DNA of 64,000 nucleotides. It comes from Coleofasciculus sp. B1-GNL1-01 (GTDB lineage Bacteria; Cyanobacteriota; Cyanobacteriia; Cyanobacteriales; Coleofasciculaceae). The stretch lies in NCBI GenBank assembly GCA_040220235.1, contig JAVJTO010000094.1; one strand, given 5' to 3'. Made by a program: the position numbers and the translations under genes. Position 1 is the stretch's first letter. Every line of letters starts with the position of its first letter. The notes below the pieces were generated by a model. It was given only the letters and a program-made list of their open reading frames with translations. It was not told where the DNA came from and did no database searches. Of the stretch, positions 10,236 to 19,649 are shown in pieces.

Positions 10236-10673
10236 CTACAAACCCTGTTCGGGTAAAAATTCAGGGGATAATATCTCAGCTAGGGTGTAAGGACAAGTGT
10301 CCGGAAATAAGGATAGTCCAGTCTCTTTTTCGGCGCTAAGCGTAGCGAGGGGGTAGGTTTTTTCGAGGGCATTATCGAGACTGGATTTGAGACTGGGGTT
10401 TTCTTGTAATAGCTTCTCTAAGCGAAGACGTTGCTCTTTAATCGTTAATTGCCAACTACGAGAGCGCAGATTAGGCTGAAATTGCCATTTGAGTAAATGC
10501 ATAACCAATACTTCTAGTCGGCTTTCGAGTTGTCGCTTTTCAGCACGTCCCCTATCTTCTATTTCTTCAGCAATGTTTTGCCAGTCTATTTGATGGAGTT
10601 TTCCAGTTCTTAGTAGGTTAGCTTGTTCTTGTGTCCAAGCATAAAAGTCATTTTCATAGGATATTGAAGTCAT
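10236..10673 (-). CDS. DUF29-family protein
   Basis: YENDFYAWTQEQA, IDWQNIAEEIED, HLLKWQFQP, RSRSW and PSLK motifs. Confidence 0.92.
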   Translation of the reverse strand: MTSISYENDFYAWTQEQANLLRTGKLHQIDWQNIAEEIEDRGRAEKRQLESRLEVLVMHLLKWQFQPNLRSRSWQLTIKEQRLRLEKLLQENPSLKSSLDNALEKTYPLATLSAEKETGLSLFPDTCPYTLAEILSPEFLPEQGL

Positions 10674-10830
10674 GGCTTATCCTGCCTGATTGATTGCCCG
10701 TTAATTTATAATATATTAATCCACCAAAACATTATTTTATAACATTAAGTCTTACCTGTACAGGAGCTGATTTAGTTAAGTTATCAGTGTGTGGCATAAG
10801 TTATCTGTAAAACCCGCCCTGACCAACTAA

Positions 10831-11670
10831 TTATCCTTTCACACCACTCCCACTATCATTAGGTACAATATACCGCTGCATCAGGATAAAAAATAGCAAA
10901 ACCGGGGCAATAGAAATAACTGAACCTGCGGCAATTAAACGCCAATCGAGGGAAAAGGTTCCAGCTAACCTAGCCACGCCTAACGGTAAGGTATAATATT
11001 CGGGTCGATCCAGAACAATTAGGGGCCACAGAAAGTCACTCCATGAGCCAATAAACACAAAAATAGCTAATGTGACTAACGCCGGACGAACGGCGGGAAT
11101 CATGATATGCCACCACAATCCTAACTCCGAACAACCATCGATCCTCGCCGCTTCTTCGAGTTCTTTGGGAACCCCTTGAAAGGCTTGGCGTAATAAGAAA
11201 ATGCCAAAGGCTGAAGCTAAACTGGGAAAAATAATGCCTAAATAACTATTTCGTAAGCCAAGCTGCACCATCAAAATGTAGAGGGGAATCATCACGATTT
11301 GGAAAGGAATCATAATCGTAGAAACGATAATCGCGAAAATGATATCGCGTCCGCGAAAATTGAGTCTGGCTAAGGGATAAGCCGCGAGGGAACAAAAGAG
11401 AAGATTGAAGGTAACCGTGAGAATGGCAACAATACAGCTATTCCAAATATATTGACCAAAGGGATTGGTTTGCCAGACTTCGATATAGTTCTCAATCGTC
11501 GGTTGACTAGGGAACAGTTGAGGTGGAAAGGACCAAATATTCTCTGTGGATGACTTCAATGATGTGCTAATTAACCAGAAGAGGGGAAACAGCATCACCA
11601 ACGCGATCGCACTCAATAGGATATATGTCCAAACTCTTTGCCAAATCTGCTTTCCCAGCGTTTTACTCAT
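10831..11670 (-). CDS. Carbohydrate ABC transporter permease (MalG/LacG type)
   Basis: EAA loop (ELEEAARIDGCS), multiple TM segments and a GVKG C-terminus. Confidence 0.92.
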   Translation of the reverse strand: MSKTLGKQIWQRVWTYILLSAIALVMLFPLFWLISTSLKSSTENIWSFPPQLFPSQPTIENYIEVWQTNPFGQYIWNSCIVAILTVTFNLLFCSLAAYPLARLNFRGRDIIFAIIVSTIMIPFQIVMIPLYILMVQLGLRNSYLGIIFPSLASAFGIFLLRQAFQGVPKELEEAARIDGCSELGLWWHIMIPAVRPALVTLAIFVFIGSWSDFLWPLIVLDRPEYYTLPLGVARLAGTFSLDWRLIAAGSVISIAPVLLFFILMQRYIVPNDSGSGVKG

Positions 11671-11726
11671 CGTATTTTTCAGTAGGGGGAGGACAATGAA
11701 TCTTCAAGTCGGTGCGTTACGCTTTG

Positions 11727-12314
11727 CTAACGCAGCCTACCAAAAATCGTTATTCCCGTTTCTGTGCAAATTCCATTTAAGGGTTGATCCCACCCATCGA
11801 TAGGGAGTTGAGGCAAGAACGCAAAATCAAAGATAATTCCTAGGGTAGGCTTCGATATCCATTCCGCCGAACTCAACAGGCGATCATAAAAGCCACCGCC
11901 ATAGCCTAAACGATAGCCTCGGCGATCGCACGCTACCGCTGGAACTAAGATTAAATCCACCTCATCCGGTTCTAAGGTGGGGGAATTGGCATGGGGTTCA
12001 AAAATGCCATAAGCTCCCGTTTGTAGGGCTTCTCCGCACTTCCAGCGATGCCAGAGGAGAGATTTACCGACACATCGAGGGAATCCCCAACTGTGTTGGA
12101 TATCGGTAAACAGGGGATTGAGATCCGGTTCTTGGCGAAAACTAAAATAAGCCAGGATTGTTTTGGCTTGAGTGAATAGGGGTGACGACTGAAGCTGAGT
12201 ACAGACGCGATCGCTCTTTTCTCGCCAGTCTTCCTTTGTCATGGCTTGTCGCTGTTTCAGCAGTCGCCGCCGTAATTCTTTCTTGGTCATTTTTGAGGGA
12301 ATTTCAGTAGCCAT
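11727..12314 (-). CDS. 5-formyltetrahydrofolate cyclo-ligase
   Basis: KKELR N-terminus, YGIFEP and DLILVPAVACDRRGYRLGYGGGFYDR. Confidence 0.95.
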   Translation of the reverse strand: MATEIPSKMTKKELRRRLLKQRQAMTKEDWREKSDRVCTQLQSSPLFTQAKTILAYFSFRQEPDLNPLFTDIQHSWGFPRCVGKSLLWHRWKCGEALQTGAYGIFEPHANSPTLEPDEVDLILVPAVACDRRGYRLGYGGGFYDRLLSSAEWISKPTLGIIFDFAFLPQLPIDGWDQPLNGICTETGITIFGRLR

Positions 12315-13688
12315 TTATAGTTCCTTCCCCTCCAATACGGCGGCGACGCGCAATATCATGGCTTCATTATAAGGAGCGGCAATAATTTGCACACCTAAGG
12401 GTAGAGAACTAGACAACTTAACCGGAACCGATAAAACAGGTAATCCAATAAAAGATAACGGTTGGGTAAACAGTCCCAAATTCGGGCGCACTAATATCTC
12501 TTCTCCCCCAATTACCATTGTTTCTTGATCGATGCGGGGGGCGACACAAGGCGTCGTTGGTGCGAGAATAATATCGACTGTCTGAAAAAGTTCCCGCACC
12601 CTTTGGCGATACCATTGGCGAAACCGTTGCGCCTGAATGTACCACGAGGCGGGAATTAAAGCCCCTGCTAAAAAGCGATCGCGCGTGGCGGGGTCAAAAT
12701 CTTGGGGGCGCGATCGCAAGTTGGCAAAATGTAAGTTAGCACCTTCTGTCGCTGTAATAATATAAGCCGCCGCTCTTGCCCGATGTGCTTCCGGTATCCT
12801 AACGGTAGTCGTGACATTCAGCGCCTGGGCGACTTTAGCGACAGCATCTAAGGCGTCTGGGGTAGCGCCTTGAGCAAAATACTCCCCCGCCACTGCAATC
12901 CGTAATCCCTCAATTCCCTGTTCTAGTTGCGGTAAACACGGTTCTGGGGGGCGTTGCGTACAGACTGGATCACGTTGATCATGTCCCTGAAGAATATCAA
13001 ACGCAGTAGCAATATCCCGGATTGACCGGGCAAAGAGACCAATATGGTCTAAACTACTGGAAAATAAAATCGCCCCCGCCCTGGATAAACGCCCGTAAGT
13101 GGGTTTTAAGCCAAAAACCCCGCACAATGAAGCCGGAACCCGGATTGAACCATTGGTATCAGAACCCAAGGTAAGGGGGACTAATCCGGCGGCGACTGAA
13201 GCGGCGGAACCCCCCGATGATCCACCGGAAACGCGAGTCGGATCATCAGGGTTCGGTGTTGCCCCATAATGGCTATTAACCGTCACAAACCCATAAGCAT
13301 ATTCATCCATATTTAACGCCCCCACCAGCACCCCCCCCGCTTGCTTAAGTCGGGTAACGGCGGTAGCATCGTGGTTCGCTGGGGGATTTTCGGCATTAAT
13401 TTTTGATCCGGCTAGGGTGGTTAATCCCGCGATATCAAATAAATTCTTCACCGCAAACGGAACTCCCGCCAAGACACCGGGAAATTCTCCTCGGCTAATC
13501 GCCTGATCCACCCGTTCCGCCTCGGCTATTGCTGTATCAGCGGTAACGGCGGTAAAACAATTTAACCTGGGATTATGGGCATCAATTTGCGCCAGACAAT
13601 CCCGCGCGATCGCACGGGCGGTTATTTCACCCTGATAAACCGCCGTAGCTATTCCCACAGCGTCGGCTTGTCTCCAATTAAAGGTCAT
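12315..13688 (-). CDS. atzE: AtzE-family amidohydrolase (amidase signature)
   Basis: GVPFAVKNLFD, GGSSGGS and GSDTNGSIR (Lys-Ser-Ser triad); adjacent to a small DUF4089-like gene. Confidence 0.85.
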   Translation of the reverse strand: MTFNWRQADAVGIATAVYQGEITARAIARDCLAQIDAHNPRLNCFTAVTADTAIAEAERVDQAISRGEFPGVLAGVPFAVKNLFDIAGLTTLAGSKINAENPPANHDATAVTRLKQAGGVLVGALNMDEYAYGFVTVNSHYGATPNPDDPTRVSGGSSGGSAASVAAGLVPLTLGSDTNGSIRVPASLCGVFGLKPTYGRLSRAGAILFSSSLDHIGLFARSIRDIATAFDILQGHDQRDPVCTQRPPEPCLPQLEQGIEGLRIAVAGEYFAQGATPDALDAVAKVAQALNVTTTVRIPEAHRARAAAYIITATEGANLHFANLRSRPQDFDPATRDRFLAGALIPASWYIQAQRFRQWYRQRVRELFQTVDIILAPTTPCVAPRIDQETMVIGGEEILVRPNLGLFTQPLSFIGLPVLSVPVKLSSSLPLGVQIIAAPYNEAMILRVAAVLEGKEL

Positions 13689-13873
13689 GGTTCAAAGACT
13701 GGTGCGGCTTCTATATTATCCGGTAACGGAAACTCATTCACCAATTGTGCGATCGCGGCAATTCGAGTAATGTTATCAACAACACCAGGACAGTATTCTG
13801 GGTCAATCGGCAAATCAATCAATTCTGCCATGCGATCGACATATTCACCAAAATCAACGGTTTCTTTAGTCAT
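13685..13873 (-). CDS. DUF4089 / AtzG-like small partner protein (62 aa)
   Basis: MTKETVDFGEYVDRMAELIDLPIDPEYCPGVV...APVFEP. The stop overlaps the atzE start. The longer 110-aa ORF call runs through heptamer repeats. Confidence 0.85.
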   Translation of the reverse strand: MTKETVDFGEYVDRMAELIDLPIDPEYCPGVVDNITRIAAIAQLVNEFPLPDNIEAAPVFEP

Positions 13874-13920
13874 AGCTTCATCAGTGTTGATTTTCTCTTC
13901 CTTATTCCCTAGCCAATAAC

Positions 13921-13959
13921 AAATGACGAATGACAAATGACAAATGACAAATGACAAAT
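13921..13959. repeat. Heptamer tandem repeat (AAATGAC)x5
   Basis: AAATGAC/GAATGAC units of the STRR type. Similar arrays lie at 24512-24546, 47170-47209 and 53537-53564. Confidence 0.9.
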
Positions 13960-15533
13960 CAAATAACAAACGCTTCCTTAGAATAATTATTCCACGTTCG
14001 CTGACATCGTTCAGCAATAAACGGTTGAACTCGGAACTTTGGCGGATTCCCCTCTAAAACATCAATTCGTAAAAACGAATAGAGTCGTTGCTTCTTAGAA
14101 CCATGACCATGACGCCCCGCATAAAAGTGCGATCGCGCCACCAAACGGGAGGGATTACTGTCAATAAACCCAACCGATTCCATTATCTCTGACCCTTCTT
14201 TGCGTTGACGGCGTAAACTATGACCACTTCCACCGCAGATAATCCAGGGCATATCAGAATCTGCATGTCCAGTATCAACGGTTTCTAGATATTCTAAACA
14301 GTGGGCATGACCAGTTAGCACTAAATCCACCAAAGGACGCCCTTGGGCTAAATCTCCCACCTCAGTCGCCACCGCATCCAAGACTTGGCGCAGGCGGCGA
14401 CGAACTGCCGAGGTTTGTGCCTGTTGCCATTTCGTGGCTTCAGTCACATAAGGAGGATGATGCAGATAAATCACCCGCCCCCGTACCTCTTGAGTCTGCC
14501 AAGACTGGATTAGCCGTTGTCGCAGCCAGTCCAATTGTTCAAAATCAATCGTGTTTTCTTCATTTGATGCTAACTGCTTATTAATATCCAAGCTTAGTTC
14601 ATCAATTTGCTCTAATTTCACATTCAAATCATCAAGCTGTTCCGCCTCTTCCGGGTTATCCGCATCCAAAGTATTGGAGGTTTCCATAAGTTGCTGTTTT
14701 TCGGCTTCTAATTCATCTCGTCGCTGTTCTAAAAGATGGCGAAAGGCTTTCCCTTCTGGGGTATTGGGAATCGGTGCGGGGTCGTTAAAGGTATTGGAAT
14801 CGAGGGCAAAAAAGTCAATTCCACCACTACGGAACGTATAATAACGGTTAGGTAAGCGGGTAAATTCTCCGGGTTGATAGCGCAAGCAACGTCCTGTATC
14901 CGTCTTCGCGGTATAGTGATGATCTAAATGATTTTCCAACTGTCCCCACTGCGTCAATGGTTTCAGATAGTCTAAGAATGCTTTAGTATAAGCTTTGCCC
15001 TTATGTGATCCGTGCCAACCGACATTCAGATCCAGTTTAGTCTTAAACAGGTGGCGTAGGGGCCAGGTTACCTGTGCCATAAAGCCATAGACGACGGGCA
15101 AATCGTAGTAATCGTGATTTCCAGGGATGGTGAGGAAGGGAAGATTAAACACCATTTGGTCATAAGCAATTTTATGGTGAGAGTCGCCATTGACCAAGAA
15201 CTCGCGGTAAGGTTTGATAAAGTTTTGGGGATAATATTCACTCGAACCCACCTGATAGACCACATCGCCAGTATGCAAAACAAAACGACAGTCATCGCGG
15301 TGATTGAGCATCATTTCCACAATTTTGCGTTGTGGATCATGTTGTTTATGAGACCCAAAGCCTGTATCACCGACGACTAAAAAGGAGAACTCTGGATGAT
15401 CAGGTCTGTCATCGTCTAATACTAGCTGAGTTTGATCAATATCCCGTTCAAGAATCAATGGATCTTGCCAGCGAACTCGTTGCTTCATCTGCTGGATTTT
15501 CTCGGCAATCGAGGGATCGGACACAAGTTGCAT
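13959..15533 (-). CDS. Calcineurin-like metallophosphoesterase with internal coiled-coil insertion
   Basis: GDTG, GDVVY, GNHDY, HHPPY and GHAH motifs. Confidence 0.9.
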   Translation of the reverse strand: MQLVSDPSIAEKIQQMKQRVRWQDPLILERDIDQTQLVLDDDRPDHPEFSFLVVGDTGFGSHKQHDPQRKIVEMMLNHRDDCRFVLHTGDVVYQVGSSEYYPQNFIKPYREFLVNGDSHHKIAYDQMVFNLPFLTIPGNHDYYDLPVVYGFMAQVTWPLRHLFKTKLDLNVGWHGSHKGKAYTKAFLDYLKPLTQWGQLENHLDHHYTAKTDTGRCLRYQPGEFTRLPNRYYTFRSGGIDFFALDSNTFNDPAPIPNTPEGKAFRHLLEQRRDELEAEKQQLMETSNTLDADNPEEAEQLDDLNVKLEQIDELSLDINKQLASNEENTIDFEQLDWLRQRLIQSWQTQEVRGRVIYLHHPPYVTEATKWQQAQTSAVRRRLRQVLDAVATEVGDLAQGRPLVDLVLTGHAHCLEYLETVDTGHADSDMPWIICGGSGHSLRRQRKEGSEIMESVGFIDSNPSRLVARSHFYAGRHGHGSKKQRLYSFLRIDVLEGNPPKFRVQPFIAERCQRTWNNYSKEAFVI

Positions 15534-15627
15534 AAGGTTTCACCGTCAAAGGTTTGCGTTTTGAGATTATCGTCCGATATCTAGAATTATCATCTATCCT
15601 AATGTGGGGATCTGAACAAACGATGCT

Positions 15628-15900
15628 CTAGCGAGGAAAACACTTGCGTAGCATGATTTGACCGACCAAACCATTTTCCTTTGGGGACGCGAAATGGACA
15701 ACCTCAATTACCGTAAAGCAGGGTCCGACATCGTGCAGCATCCCTTCAGCAAACGAAATCAACTCGCCGCAGCAAGGTAGACGAGATAATTCCACCCGTT
15801 CCCCGTTTAAGTCTTCTAACTCCGGTGAATAGTCTTTATGGGATGTTCGCGGGGCGTTCTCGAACATCATTTGTACTTTAACCAGTTCCATGGGTAACAC
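15628..15900 (-). CDS. Hypothetical protein (90 aa)
   Basis: Stand-alone ORF with an upstream AGGAG; no recognisable motif. Confidence 0.55.
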   Translation of the reverse strand: MLPMELVKVQMMFENAPRTSHKDYSPELEDLNGERVELSRLPCCGELISFAEGMLHDVGPCFTVIEVVHFASPKENGLVGQIMLRKCFPR

Positions 15901-16122
15901 ACTCCTGATTCAACGCCTATATAGATTACTGGAGTTTAGACTAAATCCCAACCTTAATCGCACCTCATCTAAATTTTCCCAGGAATTTTCCTCCAAGCGA
16001 GGGATTCAGTCATCCGATTAGGTTGGTTACATGGGAAATAGACTATAGTTGAATATTTTTCTATACTCAAATAATTAAAATAGAACAAAATACTGTCTTG
16101 TATTAGTTTGAGGTCATTATTT

Positions 16123-16884
16123 ATGAATGTGATACCCAAAACGATCACCACCACAACCTTGGCGGCTGGAGCCTCTGTTCTGGGTTTGGGTGTGTTATCC
16201 CAACCTGCTGCGGCGATTGATTTAACGTTTTTAGGTGAGGGGATTACTCCTCCAGACTTGACTAACTTGAACTGGACGGTGGAAGGGAGAGCGGGTAGCC
16301 AAGGCTTTGCTGACTGGGAGTTTGCCACAGAAGAAGATGGTAATAACCAGACAACCGTTGAGCAATTGAACTGGGACTGGCAAAATGGTCAAGATGTGCT
16401 GTGGCTTTTAACGTGGGATGGGAATACCGTTTCCTTTACCCTGGACGGGGAAACCATTGCGTTCTACCAAGATAATCCACCAGCGAAGTCGTTAGATGCG
16501 TTTTACCTCTGGACACGAGCGACAACGAAATCGGGTACAGTCGATCCGGGTACGAAAATTTTTCTGGAAGTCAACGAGGTGAATGGAATCGAGGTTGATC
16601 CAGTGTCTAGTTTGGCTACTGCACCTGTAGGTGAGGGAAACACGAATATCACAAAGAACTATTTTGCCAGTGATACCTCGATTACCTCTCTTTCCGGTAT
16701 TGCCAATATGAGTTGGCTAGAGAGTTCTCCCAATCCTAACCTAGCGGAGGCTAGTTCGCGAGTTGGCTTGAAAATTGAAGGGTTTTCTACTTCTACTTCA
16801 GTACCGGAACCCGGTACAGTTGCCGGAATAGTGGCGATGGGGATGTTCGGTGTCAGTTCCGTGCTACGGCGTAAAAAAGCTTAG
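16123..16884 (+). CDS. PEP-CTERM sorting-domain protein (possibly choice-of-anchor W type)
   Basis: Signal peptide ending QPAAA, and a C-terminal VPEPGT followed by a TM helix and RRKK. Confidence 0.9.
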   Translation: MNVIPKTITTTTLAAGASVLGLGVLSQPAAAIDLTFLGEGITPPDLTNLNWTVEGRAGSQGFADWEFATEEDGNNQTTVEQLNWDWQNGQDVLWLLTWDGNTVSFTLDGETIAFYQDNPPAKSLDAFYLWTRATTKSGTVDPGTKIFLEVNEVNGIEVDPVSSLATAPVGEGNTNITKNYFASDTSITSLSGIANMSWLESSPNPNLAEASSRVGLKIEGFSTSTSVPEPGTVAGIVAMGMFGVSSVLRRKKA

Positions 16885-16894
16885 AGTGCAATTA

Positions 16895-16923
16895 AGTAGG
16901 GGCTTGGTTACCAAGCCCCTACT
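16895..16923. repeat. GTAG-type palindrome AGTAGGGGCTTGGT-T-ACCAAGCCCCTACT (possible terminator)
   Basis: Perfect 14-bp inverted repeat 10 nt after the stop codon. Confidence 0.8.
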
Positions 16924-17233
16924 GTAATCATATTACCTTGGTGAAAAAGATCGATCACGGTCATATCCGTTTTAGGAGTCGTTTTCAAAAATTTACCCAT
17001 TGAGCGGGGTTCAAAAAATGGCTGTAACCCCCTCGCTTGTAAGCATTCCGTTATTTTGTTCGGGGGGAACTTCAGTTTAGACTTAAGCCAACGAGTGTGG
17101 CTTTTTTTAGCGTGGCACGGCGAGAATACCTCGGCTATGCAAAACCTAGACTGGGATGAATTGCCAATGAGAGGAAGCCTGCTTCAATCTTGCACATTAT
17201 GCTATTATATTTTCCATAAATTGCCAAGTAGAT

Positions 17234-18478
17234 ATGATAGTTTTTGAGTTCAAAGTAAAAGCTAAATCTGCTCAATACGCAGCTATTGATGAGGCAATTC
17301 GGACAGCACAGTTTGTCCGAAACAAATGCTTGCGATACTGGATGGATAACCAAGGTATTAACAAGTATGATCTCAACAAATATTGCCGCGTATTAGCCAA
17401 AGAATTTAGCTTTGCTGCGGAACTAAACTCCCAAGCACGTCAGTCGTCTGCTGAACGTGCCTGGAGTGCTATTAGCCGTTTTTACGAAAACTGTCGGAAT
17501 AAATTTAAAAGTCCCAAAGGCTTTCCTCGATTCAAAAAGAACTGCCGCTCAGTCGAATACAAGACAAGTGGTTGGAAACTATCGGAGAATCGGAAAGCTA
17601 TCACCTTTACCGACAAGAAAAGAATAGGGCGACTAAAACTCAAAGGCACTTATGACCTGAACTTCTACCAACTCGACCAAATCAAGCGAGTAAGGTTGGT
17701 TCGACGCGCCGATGGTTATTACGCACAATTTGCGGTTAAAGCCGATCTGAGGATCAAAACCAAACCGACAGGGAGAGCCATCGGCTTAGACCTGGGAATC
17801 AAATACTTTTTGGCTGATTCTAACGGCAAGACTGAGAAATCGCCAAAGTTTTACCGTTGCTGTGAAAGACAGCTAAGTCGAGCTAACCGCAAAAAATCAA
17901 AGAAGTATCGCAGGGGAGCAAAACTACAGTCCAAAAACTATCACAAGTCAAGGAAACGATATGCCCGGAAGCATTTAAGGGTAAGTAGGCAGCGAAAAGA
18001 ATACTGTAAGCGAGTTGCGTATTCCGTTATCCAATCTAACGATTTGGTAGCCTACGTAGACGCGCCAGCGGCTTGCCGAAGGCTAGATTTGAACGTGAAA
18101 GGGCTTGTAAGAAATCGTCACTTGTCTAAATCTATTTCTGATGCTGGTTGGTCTACGTTTCGACGATGGTTGGAATACTTTGGACATAAATACGGAAAAG
18201 TAACTGTAGCGGTTCCACCGCAATACACCTCCCAAGATTGTCCAAAGTGTCATCACAGAGTCAAAAAATCCCTATCTCAACGAACCCATGTTTGTGGCAA
18301 TTGTGGGTTCGTTGAAGACAGAGATATTGCAGCTAGTCTGAATATCCTTCAAAAAGGATTAAGTACGGCAGGGCATGTCGGAAATTACGCTTGGGGAGAC
18401 TTAACCTCTTGGGCGGTTGGAGCAATCCTGTCGTCTAACGGTGAGTCAGAGAACCAAGAATCCTCGTCCATAGTCTAG
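17234..18478 (+). CDS. tnpB: RNA-guided endonuclease TnpB; RuvC-II Glu replaced by an in-frame insertion
   Basis: RuvC-I GLDLG, zinc finger CPKC...CGNC and RuvC-III DRD are present. The expected DLVAYEDLNVKGL reads DLVAY-VDAPAACRRL-DLNVKGL. Confidence 0.92.
   Translation: MIVFEFKVKAKSAQYAAIDEAIRTAQFVRNKCLRYWMDNQGINKYDLNKYCRVLAKEFSFAAELNSQARQSSAERAWSAISRFYENCRNKFKSPKGFPRFKKNCRSVEYKTSGWKLSENRKAITFTDKKRIGRLKLKGTYDLNFYQLDQIKRVRLVRRADGYYAQFAVKADLRIKTKPTGRAIGLDLGIKYFLADSNGKTEKSPKFYRCCERQLSRANRKKSKKYRRGAKLQSKNYHKSRKRYARKHLRVSRQRKEYCKRVAYSVIQSNDLVAYVDAPAACRRLDLNVKGLVRNRHLSKSISDAGWSTFRRWLEYFGHKYGKVTVAVPPQYTSQDCPKCHHRVKKSLSQRTHVCGNCGFVEDRDIAASLNILQKGLSTAGHVGNYAWGDLTSWAVGAILSSNGESENQESSSIV
18056..18085 (+). 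repeat. Small dispersed repeat inserted in tnpB (GTAGACGCGCCAGCGGCTTGCCGAAGGCTA)
   Basis: GC-rich 30 nt in place of one Glu codon (net +27 nt). The 3' end CGAAGGCTA pairs with the upstream TAGCCTACG. Confidence 0.75.
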
Positions 18479-18518
18479 CTATGGGCAGGGAGTGTCAAGC
18501 TGGATACAGGAATAATAA
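18360..18518 (+). ncRNA. Putative TnpB omega-RNA (reRNA) scaffold plus flanking guide
   Basis: Overlaps the tnpB 3' end (ACGCTTGGGGAG...GAACCAAGAATCC, right-end hairpin, TCAA). The guide would be the flank GCTGGATACAGGAATAATAA. The 5' boundary is approximate. Confidence 0.6.
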
Positions 18519-18525
18519 AGAAACT

Positions 18526-19473
18526 ATGAATATGACCAGTCATAATCAGCCATCTATTACAATTGCCGTCGTTGGTGATGTTCACGATCAGTGGGAAGCC
18601 CAAGACGCGATCGCACTCCAAAAGTTGGGGGTTGACTTGGTGCTGTTTGTCGGAGATTTTGGCAACGAGTCTGTGGGGGTGGTGCAGCGAGTTGCTTCTG
18701 TTGATCTGCCGAAAGCGGTAATTCTGGGAAATCACGATGCTTGGTATACCGCATCGGCTTGGGGACGGAAAAAATGTCCATACAACCGTCAGCAGGAAAA
18801 TTGGTTACACGATCAGTTAGAGGCGTTGGGAGATGTCCATGTGGGTTATGGGTATCTTGACTTTCCTGAACTTCAACTTTCGGTTGTCGGGGCGCGTCCG
18901 TTTAGTTGGGGCGGATCAGCGTGGAAAAATCAAGACTTCTATCGGGATTGGTATGGGGTCAACAGTTTTGAGGAGTCCGTTGAACGAATTGTCGCCGCCG
19001 CCCAAGCTACAGACTATAACAGGATTCTTTTTTTAGGTCACAATGGACCAACGGGGTTAGGTGAAGAAGCCGAATCGCCTTGTGGGAGGGACTGGCATCC
19101 CTTGGGCGGCGATCATGGAGACCCGGATTTTGCCGCCGCGATCGCGCAAGTTCAGACACTGGGAAAACAGATTCCCTTGGTCACGTTCGGTCACATGCAT
19201 CACCGATTACGCCACACAACCAAGCGATTGCGAACGATTGTCACAACCAGTTCAGAGGGAACCGTGTATCTGAATTCAGCCAGTGTACCCCGAATTGTGC
19301 AAACGGAAACAGACCGACTGCGGAATTTTTCGCTGGTGTCTCTGGAAGCGGGTGAGGTTGCTTCAATTTCTCTGGTTTGGGTGGGAAATGACTATTCTGT
19401 CGTACTCGAAGAGTTTCTCTATCGGCGTCCTCAACCCGTTGGTGGACAATTTGTTTCCAGACACTCGCCATGA
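18526..19473 (+). CDS. TIGR04168-family metallophosphoesterase (DevT-like)
   Basis: GDVH, GDFG, GNHD, HNGP and FGHMH motifs. The start was moved to ATG 18526 (or 18532) because 18481 lies in the IS right end. Confidence 0.88.
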   Translation: MNMTSHNQPSITIAVVGDVHDQWEAQDAIALQKLGVDLVLFVGDFGNESVGVVQRVASVDLPKAVILGNHDAWYTASAWGRKKCPYNRQQENWLHDQLEALGDVHVGYGYLDFPELQLSVVGARPFSWGGSAWKNQDFYRDWYGVNSFEESVERIVAAAQATDYNRILFLGHNGPTGLGEEAESPCGRDWHPLGGDHGDPDFAAAIAQVQTLGKQIPLVTFGHMHHRLRHTTKRLRTIVTTSSEGTVYLNSASVPRIVQTETDRLRNFSLVSLEAGEVASISLVWVGNDYSVVLEEFLYRRPQPVGGQFVSRHSP

Positions 19474-19503
19474 ACGCTCAGGCTTGGTATTATAGATAAG
19501 CCT

Positions 19504-19587
19504 GGAGAGGTGGCAGAGTGGTCGAATGCGCTCGACTTGAAATCGAGTGACCCAAAAGGTCCGTGGGTTCGAATCCCACCCTCTCCG
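19504..19587 (+). tRNA. trnS: tRNA-Ser (TGA)
   Basis: GGAGAGG/CCTCTCC acceptor stem, CTCGA-CTTGAAA-TCGAG anticodon arm, long variable arm and GGTTCGAATCC T-arm. Confidence 0.97.
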
Positions 19588-19594
19588 TTCCTGT

Positions 19595-19639
19595 TGGGGA
19601 AGCTGGGGGAGCTGGGGGAGCTGGGGGAGCTGGGGGAGC
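19595..19639. repeat. Nonamer tandem repeat (GCTGGGGGA)n
   Basis: 4-5 units directly after tRNA-Ser; the same unit occurs at 26498-26625 and inverted near 49938-49966. Confidence 0.9.
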
Positions 19640-19649
19640 CGAAATTAAC

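Larger units (their letters stand above)
17111..18498 (+). mobile_element. IS200/IS605-family (tnpB-only, IS1341-like) element
   Basis: Left-end-like sequence CGTGGCACGGCGAGAATACCTCGG...GGGATGAATTGCC (boundary approximate), a tnpB ORF, and a right-end hairpin (CCATAG...CTATGG) ending in GGGAGTGTCAA at 18498. Confidence 0.8.

Noticed and set aside
13874..14017. N-terminal extension of the DUF4089 ORF
   Set aside because: Derived from heptamer repeats and overlaps the upstream gene; the start at 13873 is more plausible.
16973..17070. Possible IS/MITE end fragment (TAGGAGTCGTTTTCAAA...)
   Set aside because: No matching partner inverted repeat was found in the window.
18481..18525. ORF-track start of the TIGR04168 gene
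   Set aside because: This ATG is inside the IS right-end hairpin.
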